Origin: Candidatus Micrarchaeota archaeon
GTDB taxonomy: Archaea; Micrarchaeota; Micrarchaeia; Anstonellales; Bilamarchaeaceae
Assembly: GCA_038046765.1 (NCBI GenBank)
Contig: JBBSVN010000003.1
Location: 64,001 to 128,000, forward strand
Direction: 5' to 3'
DNA: 64,000 bases
Within the stretch, counting starts at the first letter, position 1. Every line of letters begins with the position of its first letter. The notes under the pieces are model-generated. The model saw nothing but the letters and a program-made list of their open reading frames with translations. It made no database searches and was not told where the DNA came from. The translations under genes and the position numbers were made by a program. Below, piece after piece: positions 19,181-28,166 of the stretch.

Positions 19181-20026
19181 GTGATCAATTTGGAAGATTT
19201 TATATATCAATACTATCTAAAGCCAATAATAAATGGCGAAGGGTATAACCCAATTAATACTGCTACTTATGCAATAATTGCAATAATCTGTTTATACTTG
19301 ATTTTTCTAGCGTTTAAAAAGTATAACTTAAAGGTCGACCGTAATTTCGTAAAAGCAGTGTTTCCATTCGTACTTTTTGGTTCTACAGTTCGGGTGGTTA
19401 CTGATGCTATAACAAGCGGTGTGTTTAAACCCGTAACTATCGTTCACGAGCTTATTTTAAAATCTGGAATATACAATTACAGTTATTTTACGGTTACTCC
19501 TGGAATTTATATTATAGTTGCATTCTTGCTTTTTGCTTCTATGATCGTACTAAAACTACTTAAAAAGAGCGAATATTTAGGCTATGTTGGTGCAGTTCTT
19601 TTTGTATTTCATCTGTTACTTCTGATTCCTTTTATGACTTATTGGGTCAATTTGATTCCAGTTTTAGTTTTAGCACTAATTCCTGCTTTAATCGCAAGTC
19701 GCGTCTTTAAAAATGATTTTTCAACTTTAATGGTAGCCGGGCACGCGCTAGATGGGGCTGCAACCTTCTGGGTTATCGATGTTTTTGGGCCAAGCGTAGG
19801 TTTAAAATATTTCGAACAACACGTACTAGGTTCAGCTATAGGAGACTTCTTTGGTACTTATTTTGCTTTTTATCTGGTTAAAATCCTAATTGTGTTTGGA
19901 GTCTCTTATTTACTAATAAAAGAAAAAGAAGATGAAAACTTAAAGAATTTTGTTGCCTTAGCTATTGCAATTATGGGATTTGCGCCTGGAGTTAGGGATA
20001 TTCTTAGAATGCTTGTTGGTGGCTAA
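19181..20026 (+). CDS. DUF63-family membrane protein
   Basis: GYNPINT, VTPGIY, HALDGAAT, EQH, GFAPGVRD. Confidence 0.85.
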   Translation: MINLEDFIYQYYLKPIINGEGYNPINTATYAIIAIICLYLIFLAFKKYNLKVDRNFVKAVFPFVLFGSTVRVVTDAITSGVFKPVTIVHELILKSGIYNYSYFTVTPGIYIIVAFLLFASMIVLKLLKKSEYLGYVGAVLFVFHLLLLIPFMTYWVNLIPVLVLALIPALIASRVFKNDFSTLMVAGHALDGAATFWVIDVFGPSVGLKYFEQHVLGSAIGDFFGTYFAFYLVKILIVFGVSYLLIKEKEDENLKNFVALAIAIMGFAPGVRDILRMLVGG

Positions 20027-20038
20027 TTTTAATTTAAG

Positions 20039-20626
20039 TTGATTAACTTGATAGTTGGAATCGATCTAGCTGGTAGCGAGAAACGAGATACTGGATTTTG
20101 CGTAATCACAGATAAACTAGCTAAAGTTCAAATTCTTAATACAAACGAGCAAATAATTGAAAAAATTACAGAATTAGCAGACTTGATTCGCATTGTATGC
20201 ATTGATGCCCCCTTAACTTTACCTTCCGGAAGAATTTCTCTAGAAGAAAATAATGGAATTCATTTTAGGCAGTGTGATCTTGAACTTCGAAAATTAGGGA
20301 TTCGTTTTTTTCCAATTACACTTGGCCCGATGCGAATGCTCACTAAACGTGGAATGTTTCTAAAGGAAGAAATACTTAAGATTAATCCTAAAATTAAAGT
20401 TATTGAAGTTTATCCTGGGGCGAGTTACGATATTTTTAAAGTTAATCGCAAAGACGAAAAGCAAATAATCAAATGGATAAAATCTTTTGTAGAAATAAAA
20501 GATCTCGCATATACTCAAGACGAACTCGATGGAATTTGTTGTGCGATTACTGGGAAGTTATATTTGGAAGGTAAAGCTAGGGGGATTGGGAACGATGACG
20601 GAAAAATAATCATTCCAATTATTTAA
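20039..20626 (+). CDS. DUF429-family RNase H-like protein
   Basis: GIDLAG, IDAPL, IEVYP, DELD. Confidence 0.85.
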   Translation: MINLIVGIDLAGSEKRDTGFCVITDKLAKVQILNTNEQIIEKITELADLIRIVCIDAPLTLPSGRISLEENNGIHFRQCDLELRKLGIRFFPITLGPMRMLTKRGMFLKEEILKINPKIKVIEVYPGASYDIFKVNRKDEKQIIKWIKSFVEIKDLAYTQDELDGICCAITGKLYLEGKARGIGNDDGKIIIPII

Positions 20627-20628
20627 GC

Positions 20629-21408
20629 TTACCTTATATCAACTGGTCCAGCTAAAACCATCCTAAAGGAAACGTTCCCTGTTTGGTCAAAGAATTCCAT
20701 GCAAGGCGAATCATTAACTCGATGGGATTTTCCATTAGGCATTCTTAATACTGCATTGGTATCAACTGGTGCGCCGTTTTGATTCGGCATTACTGCATAC
20801 TTAAGATCTTGGTTTGTTGTTTGTCCTTCAACCCGAAAGTTTGAATTTATTGCAGAAACACTAGGTTTAATTGTTACATATCCTAAGGAATCCATTACAT
20901 GTGAATTTGTTTGTCGGTCTAATGTGTAAGTAAATGCGCCTTGATAAACTGCCATATTTATGCTTACAGGTATTCTTGATCCATTTAAATCATAAGAAAA
21001 AGCTAGAAGCGGTCCGTTATTAGTAACCGTTTGAGTTTCAATATACTTTCCGTTTGGTAATCTACCATATTGCTTTCCATTTGATGCATCAAAAACAATC
21101 TCACTAACTGAATAATACCTATTATTGGGTGCCTGTCCTTGGTTTATTATAAATGAACCGTCGATACTTGTTAGTCTAAAAAGTGTTCCTTGCGTTACGT
21201 TAGTTTGAGTTTCTCCGTCTCTAGTATAAGTCCAAGGACCCTGAATTCCCATTGCAGTTATCTGTTGTCTTGATACTTGCAAATATCTTTGTAAATTAGC
21301 TGCAGTTAATTCTTCCGGTAGTTCCTGTCTTTTTCTTGGTCTTGCTGCAAGTTTTTCTTCAATTGCTGGAGGTTTTACTTCTGGTTGCTTAAACGTTGGC
21401 GTTGCCAT
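20629..21408 (-). CDS. Hypothetical protein
   Basis: GGTGA RBS before ATG 21408 (MATPTFKQ). Confidence 0.7.
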   Translation of the reverse strand: MATPTFKQPEVKPPAIEEKLAARPRKRQELPEELTAANLQRYLQVSRQQITAMGIQGPWTYTRDGETQTNVTQGTLFRLTSIDGSFIINQGQAPNNRYYSVSEIVFDASNGKQYGRLPNGKYIETQTVTNNGPLLAFSYDLNGSRIPVSINMAVYQGAFTYTLDRQTNSHVMDSLGYVTIKPSVSAINSNFRVEGQTTNQDLKYAVMPNQNGAPVDTNAVLRMPNGKSHRVNDSPCMEFFDQTGNVSFRMVLAGPVDIR

Positions 21409-21460
21409 AAAAATATCACCAACGTAATTGGGGGGGGGCAAAGTTTATAATTCTGTCTAC

Positions 21461-21660
21461 AAATTCTGCAGAATTTGGAGATGTCGCAAAGAAACGTCTT
21501 TGCGAACATGCTCGTGAAGGGTGCTCCTCTTCACGACAGCCAGAGAAGACCTTCTGCTCTTCTCTGGATTTTGTGTTCGCGAGTTTAGTGTTTTGGATTT
21601 TTTGTTCAAAATTCCGAACACTTTTACCACTTTCTGGTCGATTTTTCGAACACTTTTTGT
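21461..21660 (+). ncRNA. Candidate structured RNA or palindromic element
   Basis: Several 8-12 bp stems (see findings). G-U pairs favour the + strand. Confidence 0.4.
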
Positions 21661-21663
21661 TTT

Positions 21664-22398
21664 TTACAAGCTTTCCAAAAACTCTTCTTCTAAGAAATGT
21701 AATTTTCCCGGAACAATTATTGCAAAAGGCGATTTACCTAATTGATCTACCTTGGTTAATAGTTCTTCTATTTTTCCATAATTTATTTTCTCGTCCTTTT
21801 CTCCAATTCTTGATAAAACAGCAATTGATTTATTCGTCAAAAATTCTTCTGTATCTGTTTTCTTTATTAGTTCCAGTCCGAGTTTAGCTTCCATCGGTTC
21901 TGGTTGCGTATCTAATAAAACCAGTGTATGTGCTCCTCTTTCTAAGTTTTCCTTAATTAGATTAAACCATGAATCAGGTTTATACTTCTCTCTTGGTGTT
22001 GCAATCGAAGCTGTTTTTCCAAATTTATATATTTGTAATCCGCATTTACCAGCTGCTGCTACAAAAATCGAAGAATTATGGATAACAAGCGTTTCAATTT
22101 TTGCCTTTTTCATATCTATAAGTAATGCGCTATGCGTTGTTGCGGTTAAAGGATCGCCACCACAAAGTAATGCAATTCTTTTCTCCTTAGCTCGTTTAAC
22201 TAGAAAATCACTTTCAATTGATTCGCGTTCAAGTAGGTTTATTTTCTTGTCTAACCTTTTTTCCAGTTCTGCTATTTTTTCCTTTTCCATTGGCAAGGTA
22301 TACGCTTCTATATATATTTCATCACACTTTTTAAGTTCTTCCATGCCTAACTCTGTTAAATCAAATGCGATTCCAGTACCGATTAAAGTGAATTTCAT
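21664..22398 (-). CDS. dph5: Diphthine synthase
   Basis: IEAYT, GDPLTATTH, HNSSI, GLQIYKFGKT, GAHTLVLLD, IVPGKLHFLE. Confidence 0.95.
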   Translation of the reverse strand: MKFTLIGTGIAFDLTELGMEELKKCDEIYIEAYTLPMEKEKIAELEKRLDKKINLLERESIESDFLVKRAKEKRIALLCGGDPLTATTHSALLIDMKKAKIETLVIHNSSIFVAAAGKCGLQIYKFGKTASIATPREKYKPDSWFNLIKENLERGAHTLVLLDTQPEPMEAKLGLELIKKTDTEEFLTNKSIAVLSRIGEKDEKINYGKIEELLTKVDQLGKSPFAIIVPGKLHFLEEEFLESL

Positions 22399-22438
22399 GA
22401 TTTATTATTGATAAGTTAATAATTAATAGTTGAGTCAT

Positions 22439-22879
22439 ATGTCTACTAAACCCAAATACAAACCAAAGCCACCTAAACCATCTGCAAAAGTTCGTGCAGA
22501 AAAGGATATTATGCTTGCTACACCTACTGCCATGGCAAATATTGCAAGAATGCGCAAAGATCGAATGAAAAGGTTACCTAAAGAAGAGCTGCTTGTTAGA
22601 AATTTAGATGATGCAAAGCTTAATTACTCAAGGGTTTTAGATACATTATTTGTCTTAGGCAGAAAAGACCATGATGAATCAATAAGATTACTTGCGTTAA
22701 TTGCGCTATTAAATACTTATGGAAGAATTTTAGACTCAAAAACAGTACTAACTGTTTTTAGTGTCCGATTGCCTACTATTGATGGTTCTTTTGAAGTAGA
22801 TTTAGCTAAAAATAAGGTTACTTTTTCTTCTTTTAGAGACCAGATATTTGATATTTGCGATCTTTTAAAAACAAGCTAA
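22439..22879 (+). CDS. Hypothetical basic protein, paralogue of the next gene
   Basis: Shares TPxAMA..R..R and GSFxVDLA motifs with 22894-23322. Confidence 0.75.
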   Translation: MSTKPKYKPKPPKPSAKVRAEKDIMLATPTAMANIARMRKDRMKRLPKEELLVRNLDDAKLNYSRVLDTLFVLGRKDHDESIRLLALIALLNTYGRILDSKTVLTVFSVRLPTIDGSFEVDLAKNKVTFSSFRDQIFDICDLLKTS

Positions 22880-22893
22880 ATAGATTAATTTTA

Positions 22894-23322
22894 ATGGTTG
22901 ATCTTATGCGTGAAAAAATTCAAGTACACAGGAATAACCCAAAGCCGCTATCCAAAGAAGCTAAAATAAGAAGAAAAAGAATCCATGCAGACATAATTGT
23001 TACACCTAGAGCAATGGCGCGTGCAAATACAGAAAGACGAAAACGTTTTGCTAACTTTCCGCCTGCAATAGATTTTGATACAGTAAAAACAGAAACACCA
23101 GAAAATATTAAAAAAGCTAGAAAAGCAAGGAGTTTATCTCAAAATCAGGATGTTAAGGATGCATTAACTGTGCTTATAGATTTATATAATAAAATAATTG
23201 AATTAGGGGAAATAAAATTATCTCATCAAATTGGCAGCTTTGTTGTTGATTTAGCTGCTGGTACAATAACGAAGATAGGATCTTCTAATAAATCGTTCAA
23301 AATCGGAGAACTTTTAGATTAA
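22894..23322 (+). CDS. Hypothetical basic protein, paralogue of the previous gene
   Basis: Same motifs; start 22894 or 22906. Confidence 0.75.
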   Translation: MVDLMREKIQVHRNNPKPLSKEAKIRRKRIHADIIVTPRAMARANTERRKRFANFPPAIDFDTVKTETPENIKKARKARSLSQNQDVKDALTVLIDLYNKIIELGEIKLSHQIGSFVVDLAAGTITKIGSSNKSFKIGELLD

Positions 23323-23335
23323 TAAAAATTAATTT

Positions 23336-23740
23336 TAAGACGCGGTATTTAAGGAGTAGATATTTTACCGCGTCCTAGTTTTTCTTTATAGAAAAGTTTG
23401 CATACTATTCGCTTTAGGGTCCAAGCAACCAGCGTGTGCTTTGCTAATATCTAACCAGACTTCTCTCGCGATACGTCTGTCCTTGATACCGGGCATTAGA
23501 CAGCAAGGTCAGAGGTTTAAGACTTGCAATAGATTATATTCTAAATGCACTGTTACGAATTCCCATTTACAGATGCACAAGATTCCAAGGACAATTGTAT
23601 AGGCCTCAAACTTTTAATGGATGGCTCCTAGTTTCCTAAGATTTTTTGTTTTACCGCTCCATCATACTTGGTTTATCCAGCGAATAATATGCGTTGAATG
23701 CAAGAGCATTCAATCCTTCAAACATAAGCCCGAAGGGAAT
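23336..23740 (-). ncRNA. Candidate large structured non-coding RNA (~400 nt), family not recognised
   Basis: No ORF; many nested helices whose G-U pairs work on the minus strand; GAAA-capped hairpin; probable pseudoknot; upstream TATA box. Confidence 0.65.
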
Positions 23741-23757
23741 ATTAATACAAAAGAAAG

Positions 23758-23778
23758 ATTTAAATAGATTTATTTTTA
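23758..23778 (-). promoter_or_regulatory. BRE/TATA promoter for the candidate ncRNA
   Basis: Minus strand AAAAATAAATCTATTTAAAT, with the TATA ~20-25 nt upstream of the first hairpin. Confidence 0.5.
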
Positions 23779-23817
23779 CCTTGGAGAACTAGTTTCACAT
23801 TGTTTTCCTTAGACTAA

Positions 23818-24186
23818 CTAAAAAATTAGTTTATCTCCGATTAGGATGTTATGATTCTTTGTAAAATTAGCGTTTACTTCTAAGATGTATTTTGCTGATT
23901 CTGATGAACAAACCGTTTGAGATGGAAACATCGAAGAAGAAAGTTTTTCTATCGTAATTATTCTTTTATCTTCTGAAATAAAAATAACGTCCAGTGGAAT
24001 TAGTGTAAACATATTCCATATTTTATAGTTGCCTGATTTGTCAAAGATAAATAACATTCCCTGGTTTTTTGCTAAGGATTTACGAAACATTAATCCAATT
24101 ACTTTTTTTATAAAAGTGTCTGCCACTTCGAGTTCGAGCGATATCTCCTTTGATTTAGTTTTTATTAAAATTTTTTTAGTAAACAT
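23818..24186 (-). CDS. DUF192 family protein
   Basis: EVADT...GLMFR...GMLF...PLDVIFI...YILEVNA. Confidence 0.9.
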   Translation of the reverse strand: MFTKKILIKTKSKEISLELEVADTFIKKVIGLMFRKSLAKNQGMLFIFDKSGNYKIWNMFTLIPLDVIFISEDKRIITIEKLSSSMFPSQTVCSSESAKYILEVNANFTKNHNILIGDKLIF

Positions 24187-25120
24187 ACTCAACAAATCTC
24201 GCACGCTCTTGTTTATTGTTCGAACTTATAATAAGTGAATTTGTAGTTATTTGATTCTCATCCTTTCTAACTCCCTTTAGTAAATCGCCATCAGTAACGC
24301 CTGTTGCGATAAATGTCATTTCTCTTCCTTTTGCTAGTTCGTCTATATTGTAAATCTTATCTAAATCAGTTATTCCCATTTTGTGCGCTCGTTCCTTTTC
24401 ATTATCATCTTTGCATTTTAATCTTCCTTCAAAGTATCCTCCTAATATTTTTAATGCAACTGCAGTAATCGTTCCTTCTGGTGCTGCACCAATTCCTAGA
24501 AGCATATCTACATTGCAAATCTCAAAAGCAGTAGTTACTCCTCCAAACACATCCCCGTCAGTTATGAGTTTTACATTTGCGCCCTTTGCCTTTATTCTAG
24601 AAACGATCTCCGCATGTCTTGGTCGATCTAGGACAACAACCGTAATTTGATATAATTCTTTACCTGTTTTTTTAGCAATTGCATCTAAATTTTCTTCAAC
24701 CGATTTAGATAAAGATACAACATTGCCAATTTTAGGCCCAACTGCTATTTTTTCCATGTAAACATCTGGGGCGTGAAATAAATTCCCTTCCGGAGCTGCT
24801 GCAAATACGCAAATCGCATTTGGTTTATTTTCAGCACATAAATTAGTTCCTTCTAAAGGATCAACGGCAATATCTACCTTTAAACCGGTTCCTTTGCCTA
24901 ATTTTTCGCCAATAAAAAGCATTGGCGCTTCGTCTCGTTCGCCTTCTCCGATTACTACTGTTCCGTCAAATTCGATATCATTAAACTTAGCGCGCATCGC
25001 TTTAGTTGCTGCATCATCCGCAGCGTGTCGATCATTTTTACCAATCCAAGGGTAAGACGCGATTGCTGCTGCGATAGTAACTTTTAGGAATTCTGTTTCG
25101 AGTTGTTTAGTTATTTTCAT
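24176..25120 (-). CDS. glpX: Fructose-1,6-bisphosphatase class II
   Basis: VIGEGERDEAPML, DIAVDPLEGT, YMEK, DGDV, ATGVTDG. Confidence 0.95.
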   Translation of the reverse strand: MKITKQLETEFLKVTIAAAIASYPWIGKNDRHAADDAATKAMRAKFNDIEFDGTVVIGEGERDEAPMLFIGEKLGKGTGLKVDIAVDPLEGTNLCAENKPNAICVFAAAPEGNLFHAPDVYMEKIAVGPKIGNVVSLSKSVEENLDAIAKKTGKELYQITVVVLDRPRHAEIVSRIKAKGANVKLITDGDVFGGVTTAFEICNVDMLLGIGAAPEGTITAVALKILGGYFEGRLKCKDDNEKERAHKMGITDLDKIYNIDELAKGREMTFIATGVTDGDLLKGVRKDENQITTNSLIISSNNKQERARFVEYVY

Positions 25121-25141
25121 GTAAATTACCTTTTGTGGATT

Positions 25142-26155
25142 CTATTTCGTATTATAAACTCCCTTCATATGCTCAATCGTAGTTGGTACGTAATCATAAG
25201 CGTGTCCAGCTGAACCAAATGCAATAAATCTTTCCTTAATTACTTTTTGCATTGCTTCCCGAGCTGGAGTTAAATATTCCCTTGGGTCAAATTTATCTGG
25301 GTTTTCATAAAGAAATTTTCTAACTGCTGCAGTTGAAGCGAGTCTTAAATCAGTATCAACATTTATTTTCCTAACTCCCGCTGCTATCCCCTCTTTAATT
25401 GCCCATAAAGGAACGCCATAAGTTGGTGCTAGTTTTCCGCCGTATTTATTTATCTGTGCAAGTAACTCTTGTGGAACTGAAGAAGATCCATGCATTACCA
25501 TATGTAAATTAGGACATCGTTTATGAATTTCACGAATAATATCCATTGCAAGTAAGTTTTTATCTGGGTCTGGTTGTACTTTAAATTTATAAGCGCCATG
25601 AGATGTTCCAATAGCAACTGCGAGCGCGTCAACACCCGTTTCATGAAGAAACGTTTCAACCTGATTCGGGTCAGTTAAATGAATTTTTCCAGAACCTACT
25701 CCATCTTCAATCCCACCTAAAGTTCCAAGTTCTCCTTCAACTGTTACCCCGAATTTATGAGCATATTCAACTGCTTCTTTGGTTACCTTTACGTTTTCTT
25801 CATAAGTTGTTGGAGTTTTCGCATCTTCTTTTAATGATCCATCAAGCATTACTGAAGTAAAACCCAAGGAAATTGCTGTTTTAACTGATTCCAGATTGTT
25901 TCCATGGTCTAGGTGTAGTGCGATGGGTATTTTCGGGTATTTCTCAACACAAGCCATCATGATATTTCTCAAAAATATAAGATCGCTGTATTTTAACGCA
26001 CCACGAGAAGCGGCCATTATAACTGGAGAAGAAACTTCTTCGGCTGCACGCATTATCGCTTGCGCCTGTTCCATGTTGTTAACGTTAAAATGCGGTACTC
26101 CGTACTGTTTTTTTGCTGCTTCATCTAAGATTTGTTTCATAGGTACTAAAGGCAT
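25142..26155 (-). CDS. fba: Fructose-bisphosphate aldolase class II
   Basis: LHLDHG, SVMLDGS, VEGELG, GTSHGAYK, MHGSS, KINVDTD. Confidence 0.95.
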   Translation of the reverse strand: MPLVPMKQILDEAAKKQYGVPHFNVNNMEQAQAIMRAAEEVSSPVIMAASRGALKYSDLIFLRNIMMACVEKYPKIPIALHLDHGNNLESVKTAISLGFTSVMLDGSLKEDAKTPTTYEENVKVTKEAVEYAHKFGVTVEGELGTLGGIEDGVGSGKIHLTDPNQVETFLHETGVDALAVAIGTSHGAYKFKVQPDPDKNLLAMDIIREIHKRCPNLHMVMHGSSSVPQELLAQINKYGGKLAPTYGVPLWAIKEGIAAGVRKINVDTDLRLASTAAVRKFLYENPDKFDPREYLTPAREAMQKVIKERFIAFGSAGHAYDYVPTTIEHMKGVYNTK

Positions 26156-26283
26156 AAGTTTCACCTTGGATTATTATTTTTGCAACTCTTTTAACACTTG
26201 ATAAGAAGGAGTTGAATTCGACCCCTTTGAAATTATTATTTGTTTATAAATTTTATATTGGCTACCTTATTTATATCTCTTGT

Positions 26284-27150
26284 TTAACTTTTTGAAGCTT
26301 CTTTTTCAACTAAAATTTTCTTATTTCTTACTCTTACTTCTGTTAATTCATTATAATTAGCTTGTGTCGATACGCTTGTACCTGTTTTTTCTTCTAGTTC
26401 TTTCCTAGCATTTCCCGCAACAGTTCCGCCTTGAACTGCAGCGTCCTTATTTTCCGGAAATCCTTGCGCATCCTTCTTTTTCGCAATTTCGGTTGTTGAA
26501 GCTTCACCTAGCATGGTAAATATCAGTTCAAGATCTGTCATGTGATCACGCAAATTATCTTTTGGATTATCAAGTGCTTTGAAATTTTTGTATTCTGATG
26601 GAGTCATACCAAATGTTGCCTTGCTAATTTCAGATGTAAGAATAGCATATTCTAAATGTTCTTTCACACCGCGTTTTTTCCATTCTTCTGTTAGTTCATC
26701 CCGAACTGCGATTCCACGCATTCGTTTTTCAATCCAAGAATCAGAATAACCTTTTTGTTTATATATTTCACGCATACGTTTTGTCGCGATTTCAGGATTT
26801 TCAATCTCTTCAAGTCGTTCATAACCCACTTTGGCTAACCAGAGTTTGAAAGGTTCTGCTTTGGGTGATGGGATTGATTGAATTAAACGAAATAATTGCT
26901 CGGTATCTGCAACATCGGTTAGACGCATTTTGCCATCAGTAGCTTCCATTTTCAAACTGTGACAATTTGTCACGGTTTCATTTCCTTGAGCTTTTAAACG
27001 CTCTTTAAGTTTACGCCAGTAAGCACCGGGATCAACACTGTCGGTTAAAACCGCAAGAACATCAACAATAGAAAAATACCATTTATGGTTAACTTCGTTC
27101 CAAATTCTACGAACTTTTTTTTCTTCAAACAAGATTATGCCGTTGCTCAT
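26284..27150 (-). CDS. BRO-N domain (phage antirepressor-like) protein
   Basis: WYFSIVDV, YWRKLKERL, DGKMRLTD, IQSIPSPKAEPFK, NLRDHM. Start ATG 27150. Confidence 0.9.
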   Translation of the reverse strand: MSNGIILFEEKKVRRIWNEVNHKWYFSIVDVLAVLTDSVDPGAYWRKLKERLKAQGNETVTNCHSLKMEATDGKMRLTDVADTEQLFRLIQSIPSPKAEPFKLWLAKVGYERLEEIENPEIATKRMREIYKQKGYSDSWIEKRMRGIAVRDELTEEWKKRGVKEHLEYAILTSEISKATFGMTPSEYKNFKALDNPKDNLRDHMTDLELIFTMLGEASTTEIAKKKDAQGFPENKDAAVQGGTVAGNARKELEEKTGTSVSTQANYNELTEVRVRNKKILVEKEASKS

Positions 27151-27244
27151 ATTATACGCCTTTTTTATCAGAAAATTCGTTATTTTACTTAAGCAGGTTA
27201 AGGAATAAAAATGTACTTGCATTTAATAATCCATTGATGATTCT

Positions 27245-28141
27245 ATGAATTCCAAGATACTTGCACATTACCTTGATTTTTCTACGTATACCTATCCCGG
27301 ACTATACTTATCAAAGCTAAAAAATGATTTACCTGATGAGGTTAGATCTATAGGAGAGTTTGTTAGAAGGCAAATAATTCATCGTTCAACCTTGAAAGAT
27401 GGAAATATTGGAACGAATTTAGATAAAAAATTTGGAGATATGAATAAAGTTGCATGGTACAAACAACCAGAAGATGATATTTTAACAACTGCTTCATCAA
27501 TGTTCGCTGAATTATACCATCGCAATTCACTTGGTTTTATAAAAAATAGAAAAGAAAATGACAAATTAATTCTTACCTGTAGGTCTACCTCAATTTTAAT
27601 GGCCTCGATTTTAAAATCAAAAAGTATTCCATGCAGGGTTCGTTCTGGTCATGCCCCATATTTTGATATGGGGGAACTAAGAAATGTTAGTACTGATCAT
27701 TGGATAAATCAATATTGGAATTCTAAAGAAAAAAGATGGATTACTATTGATGTTGATGGAAGCTGGAGTATGAACGAACCTCTTAATGCTTACGATTTAC
27801 CTTTGGGTAAATTCTATTTCCCTGCTGATTCTTGGCTTGGCATTCGTTCTAGTATACTAGATCAAAATAAATTTCGGAATGCAGCGCCAGAAAAAGGTTT
27901 AATTACTGTTTGCTGGGCATTATTTTACGATTTTCACTGTTTAATGAATGATGAGGTTATTTACCTTCATGTCCCAGAACCAGCTACTTATATAAAATTT
28001 AATAAGTTGTCTAAACAAGAATTAGAAGAAATTGATAATTTAGCTGTTTTAATGCAAGACCCAGATAAAAATTTCTTTGACTTACAAAAAATTTGGGAAA
28101 CTAATAAGAAATTTAGGTTGTTAAAGGGCGGATTATTATAG
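27245..28141 (+). CDS. Transglutaminase-like domain protein
   Basis: TCRS...PCRVRSG...DHWINQYW...RWITIDVD (Cys-His-Asp triad). Confidence 0.85.
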   Translation: MNSKILAHYLDFSTYTYPGLYLSKLKNDLPDEVRSIGEFVRRQIIHRSTLKDGNIGTNLDKKFGDMNKVAWYKQPEDDILTTASSMFAELYHRNSLGFIKNRKENDKLILTCRSTSILMASILKSKSIPCRVRSGHAPYFDMGELRNVSTDHWINQYWNSKEKRWITIDVDGSWSMNEPLNAYDLPLGKFYFPADSWLGIRSSILDQNKFRNAAPEKGLITVCWALFYDFHCLMNDEVIYLHVPEPATYIKFNKLSKQELEEIDNLAVLMQDPDKNFFDLQKIWETNKKFRLLKGGLL

Positions 28142-28166
28142 TAAAAATATTTCGTGTTGTTCAAAT

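Noticed and set aside
21481..21887. Short + strand ORFs (21481-21588, 21521-21745, 21573-21887)
   Set aside because: They overlap the stem-rich element or run antisense to dph5, with no properly spaced RBS.
23336..23740. RNase P RNA or SRP RNA as the identity of the large RNA
   Set aside because: No GAGGAAAGUCC-like CR-I or ACAGAA...GCUUA CR-V in the right places. AAGCCCGAAGGGAAT only loosely resembles SRP helix 8 and lies on the strand disfavoured by G-U pairs. A very divergent form cannot be excluded without cmscan.
26204..26228. Hairpin resembling a tRNA T-arm or att site upstream of fba
   Set aside because: No other tRNA elements and no partner repeat in the window; probably a 5'-UTR hairpin.
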